DNA from: Alphaproteobacteria bacterium
GTDB taxonomy: Bacteria; Pseudomonadota; Alphaproteobacteria; UBA2966
Length of the DNA: 64,000 bases
Direction: 5' to 3'
Assembly (NCBI GenBank): GCA_964291395.2
Contig: OZ219856.1
Span: 736,001-800,000, forward strand
Positions 42,653 to 50,020 of the stretch are shown here, in pieces. Position 1 is the stretch's first letter; the number at the start of each line of letters is the position of its first letter. The position numbers and the translations under genes are program-made. Under the pieces are notes generated by a model, which made no database searches, was not told the origin of the DNA, and saw nothing but the letters and a program-made list of their open reading frames with translations.

Positions 42653-43123
42653 TCACGTCGGCGTGCCCCCGTCCGTGTCCGGCCCGGACGAGGGCGTCGA
42701 GGACCTCCGCGAGTCCGACTGCGTCCGCTTGCGCGCCGCCGCGACGGCGACGCGCCGCGAGAAAAAACCGGAATTCGCGCTCCACATCGCCTCCGAGACG
42801 GCCTCGCCGTCGGCGTCCGAGAGCCGCGCCAGCCACTCCGGATCGCGCCCGCAAGCGCGCCCGGCGAGGGTCAGCCAGAGATCGGCGTGCTCTCCCAGGA
42901 TGCCGGCGATGCCGCCCGCGTTGATGTCCTCGTCCTCCGCGACCAGCTCCGCCAGCGCCTCGATCAGGGGCCGCGCCAGCGCTTGGGCTTCCAGACTCTC
43001 GCGGAAGCGGAACTCCCGCATCGTGAGCGTGACATCCTCGCCGGTGTCCGGGTCCCGGACGGTGAGCTCGACGTCTGGAAAGAGGATCTCGAGCTCCTCG
43101 GCGGGATCGGGGCGGTCCGTCAT
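42653..43123 (-). CDS. Tail assembly chaperone G, with -1 frameshift extension GT to 42552
   Basis: ELEILFPD..MREFRF..W.ANSGFF; in-frame T TTT TTC at 42767-42761. Confidence 0.75.
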   Translation of the reverse strand: MTDRPDPAEELEILFPDVELTVRDPDTGEDVTLTMREFRFRESLEAQALARPLIEALAELVAEDEDINAGGIAGILGEHADLWLTLAGRACGRDPEWLARLSDADGEAVSEAMWSANSGFFSRRVAVAAARKRTQSDSRRSSTPSSGPDTDGGTPT

Positions 43124-43175
43124 CAGACGGCCTCCCCGTCGGTCATGATCCCGGTCTCCGTCGCGGGGCCGGCCA

Positions 43176-44129
43176 TCAGCTCTCGACTCCGTCGATCAGC
43201 AGCACCGGATGTGCGCCGCCCGGCTCGACGATCGCGGCGATCAGCGTGGCCTGCTGCTCGGTATCGCGGCTCTTCAGCGCGAAGTCGCCACCCGGCCGGA
43301 TGTTGCACTTGCGGGCGTAGACGTGGCGGCCCTTGGCGCCGATGGCGTCATCGCCGTCCTCCAGGTACCGCACGGCGGCCGTGATCTGGCCGGGCGAGGT
43401 GACCTCGACCTTCTTGCGGTCGGCCACCGCGACGGCGTCGTAGAGCACGACGATCTCGGCCTCGGCCTCGTTGGCCGCGACGACGTTGGTGCTGCCGGGC
43501 TCGATGTAGATCCGCCCCCGCTCGTGGTCGACCTGGAAATCGTTCGTCGCCTTGTCGGGATCCGTGGTCTCGGAGAGCGCCGCCCCGATGCCGCTGCCGG
43601 CGACGGCGCCGTTGGCCTTCAACTGCGCGAGCGTCGCGTTGCCGAAATTCCCGGCGTTGGTGATCTTGCGCAGCTTCAGCTTGCCGGCCTTGTCCGAGAC
43701 CCTGGCATGGCCTTCGACCGAGCCCGCCGCGGCCTTGTCCGCGCCGTTGAAGCTCTGGCCGCTCAGCCCGAGCTGGTACCAGCGGCCCTTCCGCACGGTG
43801 ATGCGGTCGTACTGCTCGGCCGCCGCGGCCGCGGCGGCCGCGACCGCGTCGCCGCCGAAGAACAGCCTCGCGTTCTCCAGCGACTGGTCGTGCAGGACGA
43901 TCGTCAGCGTGCGGGCGACCGAGCGCTGCTGCTGCACCAGGCTCTGCGCGACCGCGCCGTCGCCGCTCTGGATCGTGACCTCGTCGGCGGTGATGCCGAT
44001 GGTGGCGCTCACGCTGTCGCCGAGGTAGCGCTCGCCGCTGCGGTCGCCGTCGGCGTCCAGCAGGTCGAGATAGATCTCCCCGGCACCCAGGAAGACGTTG
44101 TTTTCGTGCCGTTCTCTCGCGAGTGTCAT
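43176..44129 (-). CDS. Major tail tube protein (non-contractile)
   Basis: FLGAGEIY..RYLGD..S.ENARLFFGG..P.GDFALK; no sheath gene present. Confidence 0.8.
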   Translation of the reverse strand: MTLARERHENNVFLGAGEIYLDLLDADGDRSGERYLGDSVSATIGITADEVTIQSGDGAVAQSLVQQQRSVARTLTIVLHDQSLENARLFFGGDAVAAAAAAAAEQYDRITVRKGRWYQLGLSGQSFNGADKAAAGSVEGHARVSDKAGKLKLRKITNAGNFGNATLAQLKANGAVAGSGIGAALSETTDPDKATNDFQVDHERGRIYIEPGSTNVVAANEAEAEIVVLYDAVAVADRKKVEVTSPGQITAAVRYLEDGDDAIGAKGRHVYARKCNIRPGGDFALKSRDTEQQATLIAAIVEPGGAHPVLLIDGVES

Positions 44130-44151
44130 GGTTGCCTCCATAAGGGTGGGT

Positions 44152-44607
44152 TCATGGTTTCGTGCTCAGGGTCCAGGGCATCACGTAGGTGTCGCTCCAG
44201 TAGACCTGTCCCTCGCCGATCTCCTCCAGCCGGCCGGAGCGGCCGGGGTTGAGCTGCAGCGGCGCGTCGGCGCCGCCGGGCGTCCAGCCGAGCAGCTCCC
44301 CGCGCGTGGCCGCGACGATGCGCCCGAGCTCGGCGCGGGCGTTCGCGCCTTGCGGGTCGTTGGGCGCTCCGATCACGTGGAGGACCGCGATCAGCCCGGA
44401 CATCTTCTGCAGGGCCCGGGCGCGGCCGCCGAGGTTGCCGGCGGCCTGGTCGGCCACCGGGTAGACGATCGCCGCTGGCAGCTTGGGCTGGCGGTTCCGG
44501 GCGGCCTCGAGCACGCTTTCGACCGACTTGAGATCCTCCACCGTCGTGGCGAGCCGGTCGCGGATCTGCTCGACCGCGTCGAACGTGGCGTCGAGACGGG
44601 GGCTCAC
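44152..44607 (-). CDS. Tail terminator (Mu gp37-like)
   Basis: PAAIVYP..D.A..LLGWTP; position. Confidence 0.7.
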   Translation of the reverse strand: MSPRLDATFDAVEQIRDRLATTVEDLKSVESVLEAARNRQPKLPAAIVYPVADQAAGNLGGRARALQKMSGLIAVLHVIGAPNDPQGANARAELGRIVAATRGELLGWTPGGADAPLQLNPGRSGRLEEIGEGQVYWSDTYVMPWTLSTKP

Positions 44608-44620
44608 GGCGCGCCCTCCA

Positions 44621-45028
44621 TCACCAGCCCCCGAGCCGGTCCCGGGTGAAGGTCCGGCGCCCCGGCGTCGCCGTGCCCGCGTCGGCGCGGACCGCCGGCC
44701 GCCCCTGCGAGTCGACGAGACGGACGCTGCCGTCCGCGATGTCGCCGAGCTGCTTGCGGGCCGCCGCGGCGTTGGCGCTCACCCGCTCCGGCGGGGCGTC
44801 GTCGTAGAGCAGGCCGCGGGCGAGGTCGCACTGAATCCTGAGGAGCGTCGGCCACGCGCCGGCGGGCAGGGGCAGGCGGAAGGCCGGCGCCAGGCGGCCG
44901 TCGATCTCCGCCGCCGCGTCGGCGAGCACCGCCGTGATCCGGGCGGCGCCGTCCGCGCCGTCGGCGAGCTTGAGGATCTCGGCGGCGCCGAAGCGGCTTT
45001 CCAGGTCCCGGCGCGTGGCGTAGGTCAT
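44621..45028 (-). CDS. Mu gp36/DUF1320 head-tail adaptor
   Basis: MTYAT..DL..RFG..EIDG.L..LPL..CDLAR..L. Confidence 0.88.
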   Translation of the reverse strand: MTYATRRDLESRFGAAEILKLADGADGAARITAVLADAAAEIDGRLAPAFRLPLPAGAWPTLLRIQCDLARGLLYDDAPPERVSANAAAARKQLGDIADGSVRLVDSQGRPAVRADAGTATPGRRTFTRDRLGGW

Positions 45029-45448
45029 GCCGCGGCCGCCGTCTGCCGGTGGTCCTCCCAGGCCGCGTCGCGCTCGGCCGCGCTGACGCCTTGGTCAGGC
45101 CGCTGGCGGCTTCCAGCGCCCGGACCCCGGGCTTGCCCGACCTGGTGAAGTGATCGGGGTTGTCGGGATCGAGCCCGGCGCCGCGGCGACCAGCCGGGAC
45201 CGGCGGCCGGCCGCGGCGCCGATCTCGGCGAATTTCTTCGGATCCTCCGACAGGTGCTTGAGGATTTTCTGGACCTCGCCGGCCGTGTCCGCGACGACGA
45301 GCATCGGCTCGGCGCGGAGCCGTTCGAGCTGCTCCTCGCTCCAGTGCCCGGCCGGGTACTCGACCGGGCTGGCCGGGTGCGGGACGCCGCAGCGGTGGAA
45401 ACCGTCGCGGCGGGCGGTGACGGTCACCGCGGGGGTGGCGTGTTCCAT
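45025..45448 (-). pseudogene. HI1506/gp35-like protein, two frameshifts (near 45178 and 45090)
   Basis: ARRDGFHRCG..H..L.AEPMLVV; then LDPDNPDHFTRSGKP and VSAAERDAAW in successive frames. Confidence 0.7.
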
Positions 45449-45458
45449 GCGGGCCTCC

Positions 45459-46361
45459 CTAGGCGAGCCAGGGAACGACGACGAGCTCGGCGGTGCCGCG
45501 CCAGACGTTGGTCGCCCCGTTCGCGTCGCGCTCCGCGTTGAGGATTTCGAGCCCCGCTTCCCGCAGCGCCGGCGGCACCACCAGATGCGTCGGCACGATG
45601 CCGAGGGGGCGGCCGTAATCGCCCTTCATGCCTTCGAGGGCCTGGTAGGCCGCCTTGAAGTTGGCCTTGTCGAGGGTCTGCTTCGAGCCGTAGGCCTTCT
45701 GCCAGAGACCGAAGCCGACGTTGGACCGCGCGTGCACGCCGTAGAGAAACTCCCGGCGCATGAAGACGTTATCGTCCTCCTCGCGGTCCTTGCGGACGAT
45801 GTTGTCGGCGCGCTTGCGCTGCTGGAAGACGAGCGGCTTCGCCGTCCCCCGCAGATCCATCAGGAACCAGGCGGTGCCGTTGCCGCCGCCCGAATTGGAA
45901 ACGGTGGTCGCGCCGCCGTCCGCCTCGAGCACCGGATGGTCGGTGTCGAAGAAGTACTGGCCGTCGTAGCAGGTCTTGGCGAAGCCGTCCTTGAGCAGCT
46001 TCCACACGAGCTCGTCGGGATGGGCCGCGACCGCCTCGCCCAGCGCCGTGAACATCGGCGCGTAGACGCCGTACCTGTCGTCCTCGATGTGGTTGCGGTC
46101 GACCTCGATCGTGTCCTCGAAGTCGCGGTTGCGCAGCGTGTAGCCGTGCTGGCGCAGGTTCTCGATCACGCGCTCGCCGACCCATTCCTTGAGGCCCGGG
46201 ATCTTGCCGAGCCAGGCGTAGACCTCCTCGGCCGTGCTCGACGGCACGGTCATTGCGACCTGCGTGTACTGGCTGTTCGCCTGCATGGCGGCGAGGCCCG
46301 TCCTGAAGGCGGCGTTGTAGCTGGCGAACAGGGTGTCCATGTTGGCGCGGTTGATGAGCAT
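45459..46361 (-). CDS. Mu-like major capsid protein T
   Basis: VPSSTAEEVYAWLG..EWVGER..IEDD..CYDGQYFFDTDHP..GFGLWQ. Confidence 0.95.
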   Translation of the reverse strand: MLINRANMDTLFASYNAAFRTGLAAMQANSQYTQVAMTVPSSTAEEVYAWLGKIPGLKEWVGERVIENLRQHGYTLRNRDFEDTIEVDRNHIEDDRYGVYAPMFTALGEAVAAHPDELVWKLLKDGFAKTCYDGQYFFDTDHPVLEADGGATTVSNSGGGNGTAWFLMDLRGTAKPLVFQQRKRADNIVRKDREEDDNVFMRREFLYGVHARSNVGFGLWQKAYGSKQTLDKANFKAAYQALEGMKGDYGRPLGIVPTHLVVPPALREAGLEILNAERDANGATNVWRGTAELVVVPWLA

Positions 46362-46379
46362 CTTGCGAGGGCCCTCCGC

Positions 46380-46811
46380 TCAGGAGTTGAAGAAAATGCC
46401 GGTGGCGACCCAGGCGCCCCGGTCGTCGACGTCGACCAGCCGTCCGGCGGGCGTGGCGTTCGCGTTCTGGCTCTTGCGGACGGTCTGGTCGTCCTCGACG
46501 TAGACCTTGTCGCCGATCTCGGCGATCGCGACCTTGTCGGTCGCCAGGTTGTCCCAGAGGAAGATGCCGGTGCGCACCCGCACGCTCCGGTCGCCGTTCG
46601 AGTCGGCCGCCGGGCTGGTCACCGTCTCCTCGGCGCGGCCGACGGTGACCTGGTCGGCCGCCTTCGACGCCGGGATCAGGTAGCCGTCCGCGTCGAGCTG
46701 GACGAGCGATCCGGCATGGATGGTGTCGCCCTTCTTCATGCCGTAGGCGCGGACGAAGTCGATGCCGCCGCCGAGCCGCCTGGTGTCGCGGTCCCTGGTG
46801 AGCGCCGCCAT
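46380..46811 (-). CDS. Head decoration/cement protein
   Basis: ALTRDRDT..GRAEE..IGDKVYVEDDQTV..AG..DVD..WV. Confidence 0.75.
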   Translation of the reverse strand: MAALTRDRDTRRLGGGIDFVRAYGMKKGDTIHAGSLVQLDADGYLIPASKAADQVTVGRAEETVTSPAADSNGDRSVRVRTGIFLWDNLATDKVAIAEIGDKVYVEDDQTVRKSQNANATPAGRLVDVDDRGAWVATGIFFNS

Positions 46812-46812
46812 G

Positions 46813-47766
46813 TCAGGCCTCCTCGGTCTGCGCCGCGAGCGCCTTCCGGGACGCCCGGAAGTCCTCCTCGCTGACGCCGGTGGCGCGGCAGACCGCGCGT
46901 TCCTCGGCGGTGAGCGCGTCGCCGCCTTCGCCCGGCGCGGCCGCGGGAACCGCCCGCCCGTCGCCGAGGATCGCCGGCGCGCCCTCGACGAACTCGGCGA
47001 AGCCGGCCGCGTCCTTCCTGGCGTAGCCGAGCGCCCAGTCCCGGCTCGCCGGCGTGACCTTGCCGGCCTTCACCGCCGCGTCGACGGCGGCTGTCGCGCG
47101 CGCCTCGGCGCCCTCGGTCTCGAGCCGGGCCAGCGTCTCGCGCAGCCGGTCGAACTCGGCGCGCGGCACGAACTCGTCGGGGTCGGGGTCGGGGTCGCCG
47201 CCGGCCGCGGCGGCGGCCTCGAGGATCTCCGCCTCGCCGGCCTCGTCGGCGAGGCCCAGGGCCGTCCTGAGCTTGTCGAGGTCCATGTCGGTCTCCGTTC
47301 GTGGTTGGGTGGATGCGATCGCCCGCATGAACATCGCGGGATCGTTGGTGAGCGCGGCGCCGGTGATGCGGCGCACGACGCGGGTGGCGGTCTCGTAGCG
47401 GAACACCGGGCTGACGAAGCGGTACTCGCGGGCCCCGATCATCGCGGCGGCGCGCTCGGTCCACTCGACCTCGCCCCACACCGCCCCGTCGCGCTCGAAC
47501 ACCCGCCTGATCCAGCCGGCCGCCGGCGCGGGCTGGCCGTTGGCGGCGCTGCGGTCGCTCTGGTGGTCGTAGTCGACCGCCAGATCGAGGGCCAGCTCGC
47601 GGGTCGCCGCGACCACGGCGCCGGCGTCCGGATTGTGCCAGGGCGGGCGGCCGTCGTGGGGCCGGGTCGGGATCTCGCCCGCCGGCAGCAGCAGGATCTC
47701 GCGGGGAGGCTGGGCTGCGGCCGGCAGTGCCACCGCCGCGGCCGCGCGTGGGTGTTTCGGGTCCAT
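46813..47766 (-). CDS. Mu-like I protease/scaffold
   Basis: VDYDHQ..PAAGWI..VEWT..EYRFVSPVF..ALTNDP; scaffold-like C-half. Confidence 0.93.
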   Translation of the reverse strand: MDPKHPRAAAAVALPAAAQPPREILLLPAGEIPTRPHDGRPPWHNPDAGAVVAATRELALDLAVDYDHQSDRSAANGQPAPAAGWIRRVFERDGAVWGEVEWTERAAAMIGAREYRFVSPVFRYETATRVVRRITGAALTNDPAMFMRAIASTQPRTETDMDLDKLRTALGLADEAGEAEILEAAAAAGGDPDPDPDEFVPRAEFDRLRETLARLETEGAEARATAAVDAAVKAGKVTPASRDWALGYARKDAAGFAEFVEGAPAILGDGRAVPAAAPGEGGDALTAEERAVCRATGVSEEDFRASRKALAAQTEEA

Positions 47767-47774
47767 GGGCGGCG

Positions 47775-47819
47775 ATTATCGGCCCGGCCGCCGAACCGCG
47801 TCAGGGGAACATGTTCCCC
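47775..47819 (-). promoter_or_regulatory. Putative Mor/C-dependent late promoter
   Basis: Perfect 16-bp palindrome GGGGAACATGTTCCCC (47804-47819), 23 bp upstream of GATAAT (47780-47775). Confidence 0.65.
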
Positions 47820-47966
47820 CGAGGCGGGGCGGGGGAGAGGGAGCGATCTCGCGTCTCGTCGCGGGGGGCGGCTTGATCCTCTCCTATGGAGAGCTCAAGG
47901 GCAGGATGTCTGTCTGCGCGCGCTCGAGCAGGTCCCGAGCGAATGGCCTGTGCCGGCGCCGAACTG

Positions 47967-48715
47967 CTACTGCCGCGCTCCTCCAGTCAGCGACCGCGCG
48001 GTCCATATGACCTCGCCGACGGTCTCCGCGTCGTCGGGCCAGGGCACCGGCGCCCAGGCCGGATGATCGCTCTCCAGAAGCCAGCCGCCGCCGTCGTCCT
48101 TGCCGGCGCGCTTGGCGATCAGGCCGTCCCCGGTTCTCAGCACGTAGACGCGGCCCCGGCGCACAGGCGCCGCCGCGTGCGCGTGCGATCCACCAGGATC
48201 GAGCAGCCGTCCGGCAAGGCCGGTTCCATCGATTCGCCCGTCACCCCGATCACCACGCAGCGGGCCGGATCGAGGCCGCGCCGGTCCAGCCAGTCGCGGC
48301 GGAACCAGAGCCGGCCCACCACCTCCTCCGACGCCGCGTCCGCGCCGCCGCCCGCGGCGGCGGCCAGTTCGACGACGTCCACCGGGCGGGCGCCGGCAAC
48401 GTCGTCCGCGTCGTTCGCCGGCGCCAGGTCCGCGGCCCGGGCGGCCCGCGCCTGCAGCCGCTCCAGCTCGGCGGCGACCTCGCGCAACTGCTTCCTGATC
48501 GCGCCGTGGTCCGGCCCCGCGCGCGGCGGGCCGACGTAGAACTCGAGACCGAGGGCGTCCGCCAGCTCGACGGCGCGCGAGAGACGCGGGTCGTGGCCGA
48601 CCAGGACGCTGCGGATGGCGTCCCTGGGCAGCCCCGCCTCCACGGCGGTTCCGGCGAGCGACCGGTCGGCCAGCGCCGTCCTCAGGGCTTCCCGAAACTC
48701 CTCCAGCACGCTCAT
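47967..48715 (-). pseudogene. CI-like repressor (HTH + S24 peptidase), frameshifted by an 8-bp insertion at 48158-48170
   Basis: HTH..PRLSRAVELADALG; VTGESMEP; catalytic AKR and VGEVIW lie in the next frame. Confidence 0.85.
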
Positions 48716-48718
48716 GCA

Positions 48719-48824
48719 TGGCATATATGCCACGATCAGGGGGGAAACGAAAGGCGTCGAAAAAATTCCATTCCCTCTTGCGCGTATGTCGAATGTATGC
48801 AATATATCGTTGCATGTTTTCGAC
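48719..48824. promoter_or_regulatory. Divergent cI/early promoter-operator region
   Basis: Palindrome TGGCATATATGCCA (48719-48732); GTCGAA-N3-ATGCA at 48788-48801 and inverted at 48811-48824; TTGCGC-16-CAATAT. Confidence 0.6.
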
Positions 48825-48942
48825 GGACCGGATCGAATGCCTGACCGCGCTTTACCTCGGGGCGGGCGGCTGCGGGCGCGGCCCGGCGGGATCGTCGACG
48901 ATGTCCGGGCGGCCGCCTCGGGTGCCGCGGGGCCATGGCTGA
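48814..48942 (+). pseudogene. Truncated Cro/Ner-like first early gene (probable deletion junction)
   Basis: Leaderless MFSTDRIECLTALYL.. then low-complexity tail running into mor. Confidence 0.4.
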
Positions 48943-49303
48943 CGCGCCGCTGCCCGGCGTGCTCGCCGAGGTCGAGACGGTCGCCGGACGCGAGGCGGCC
49001 CTCGGCCTCGCGCTGGCGCTCGGCGGCCAGTCGATCCACGTCCCGCGGCCGGAAAATCTCCACGCCGGTCATCCCCTGGCCGTGGCGGCCGGGGCGGGCG
49101 CCGGGGCGATCGCCGAGTACTTCGCGGGCGAGAGCGTCTACGTGCCGCACGCGAGGTCCGCGCTCGTCCTGCACCTGACCGAAATCGGGCACGGCACCCG
49201 CCAGATCGCCGCCCGCCTCGGCATTTCCCCCCGCGCCGTGCGCCAGCACCGCCGTCGGCAGCGCGGGGGCGTGTTACCCTCTCACGGGTCCACGGCCTCG
49301 TAG
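48935..49303 (+). CDS. Mor/C-family transcription activator
   Basis: LPGVLAEV..G..AAL.LA..GGQSIHVP..GE.VYVP..IAARLGIS.RAV. Confidence 0.85.
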   Translation: MADAPLPGVLAEVETVAGREAALGLALALGGQSIHVPRPENLHAGHPLAVAAGAGAGAIAEYFAGESVYVPHARSALVLHLTEIGHGTRQIAARLGISPRAVRQHRRRQRGGVLPSHGSTAS

Positions 49304-49376
49304 CGCGCGCCGTTCGGCCGGTCGACCCCGTTGCGGGAGGAGGGCGCGCGTGCGCCTTCGCGACCTTGGAGACGCG

Positions 49377-49868
49377 ATGATGAACGAGTTTGCGGAGATG
49401 TATGCGCCGCGGGACGAACGTCCCTTCGAGGCCAGATACCGGGCCGCTTGCCACTGCGAGGCGGTGCGCTACGAAGTCTGCGCCGATCCGGTCGACGCCA
49501 AGATCTGTCACTGCCCCGTCTGCCGGAAATTGCACGGCGCGCCGATGCAGTGGGCGGCGATCTTTCACAAGCACCACGTCAGGTTCGTGGCGGGGATCGA
49601 TCGCCTTCGCTTCTACAACAGCGGTCTCGACGAGCCGGCGAGGCTCCTCCCGTGCAAGGTCGGTTGCGCCCTGTGCGGCACGCCGATCGCCGACGAGGGC
49701 CGCCGGATGTGGCTGGCGTTTCCCTCGCTCTTCGATTTCGGGGCGCCGCCGCAGGTCCCGGAGCCCTTCAGGCCGACCTGTCACATCTTCTACGGCGCCC
49801 GCATGATCGACGTGCACGACGGTCTGCCCAAATGGTCGGGCCACAGGAACGACTCGGTCCTCCTGTAG
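49377..49868 (+). CDS. GFA (CENP-V) family protein
   Basis: CHCEAV..CHC..CRK..C..CGTPI..PTCHIFY. Confidence 0.9.
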   Translation: MMNEFAEMYAPRDERPFEARYRAACHCEAVRYEVCADPVDAKICHCPVCRKLHGAPMQWAAIFHKHHVRFVAGIDRLRFYNSGLDEPARLLPCKVGCALCGTPIADEGRRMWLAFPSLFDFGAPPQVPEPFRPTCHIFYGARMIDVHDGLPKWSGHRNDSVLL

Positions 49869-49887
49869 GCTTGTCCGCGCGCACGCC

Positions 49888-49927
49888 CCGACACGCAACC
49901 ATCACGAATTCGTCACTGAACCGCAAC
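49888..49927 (+). promoter_or_regulatory. Pho-box-like array (four 7-mers at 11-bp period)
   Basis: CCGACAC-4-CCATCAC-4-TCGTCAC-4-CCGCAAC upstream of phoX. Confidence 0.65.
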
Positions 49928-50020
49928 GGTTCGTCGCTATTAGGAACGACGGGAGCCGCGACCGCGCGGGCCCGTCTCGTTTTCGTTCCGACCATTCAAG
50001 TCGCCTCAGGGGAGTGGAGA

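Larger units (their letters stand above)
29472..49307. mobile_element. Reduced Mu-like (B3/BcepMu-layout) siphoprophage remnant: regulators, capsid and tail; no transposase, terminase, portal or lysis genes
   Basis: Mor, CI, Mu I protease, Mu T capsid, gp35/36/37-like, tail tube, tape measure, DUF1833-like, NlpC/P60, TipJ; very high GC; boundaries approximate. Confidence 0.88.

Noticed and set aside
39863-44607. Contractile system (R-tailocin/eCIS) or RcGTA
   Set aside because: No sheath or baseplate wedge genes; head genes are Mu-type with no portal or terminase.
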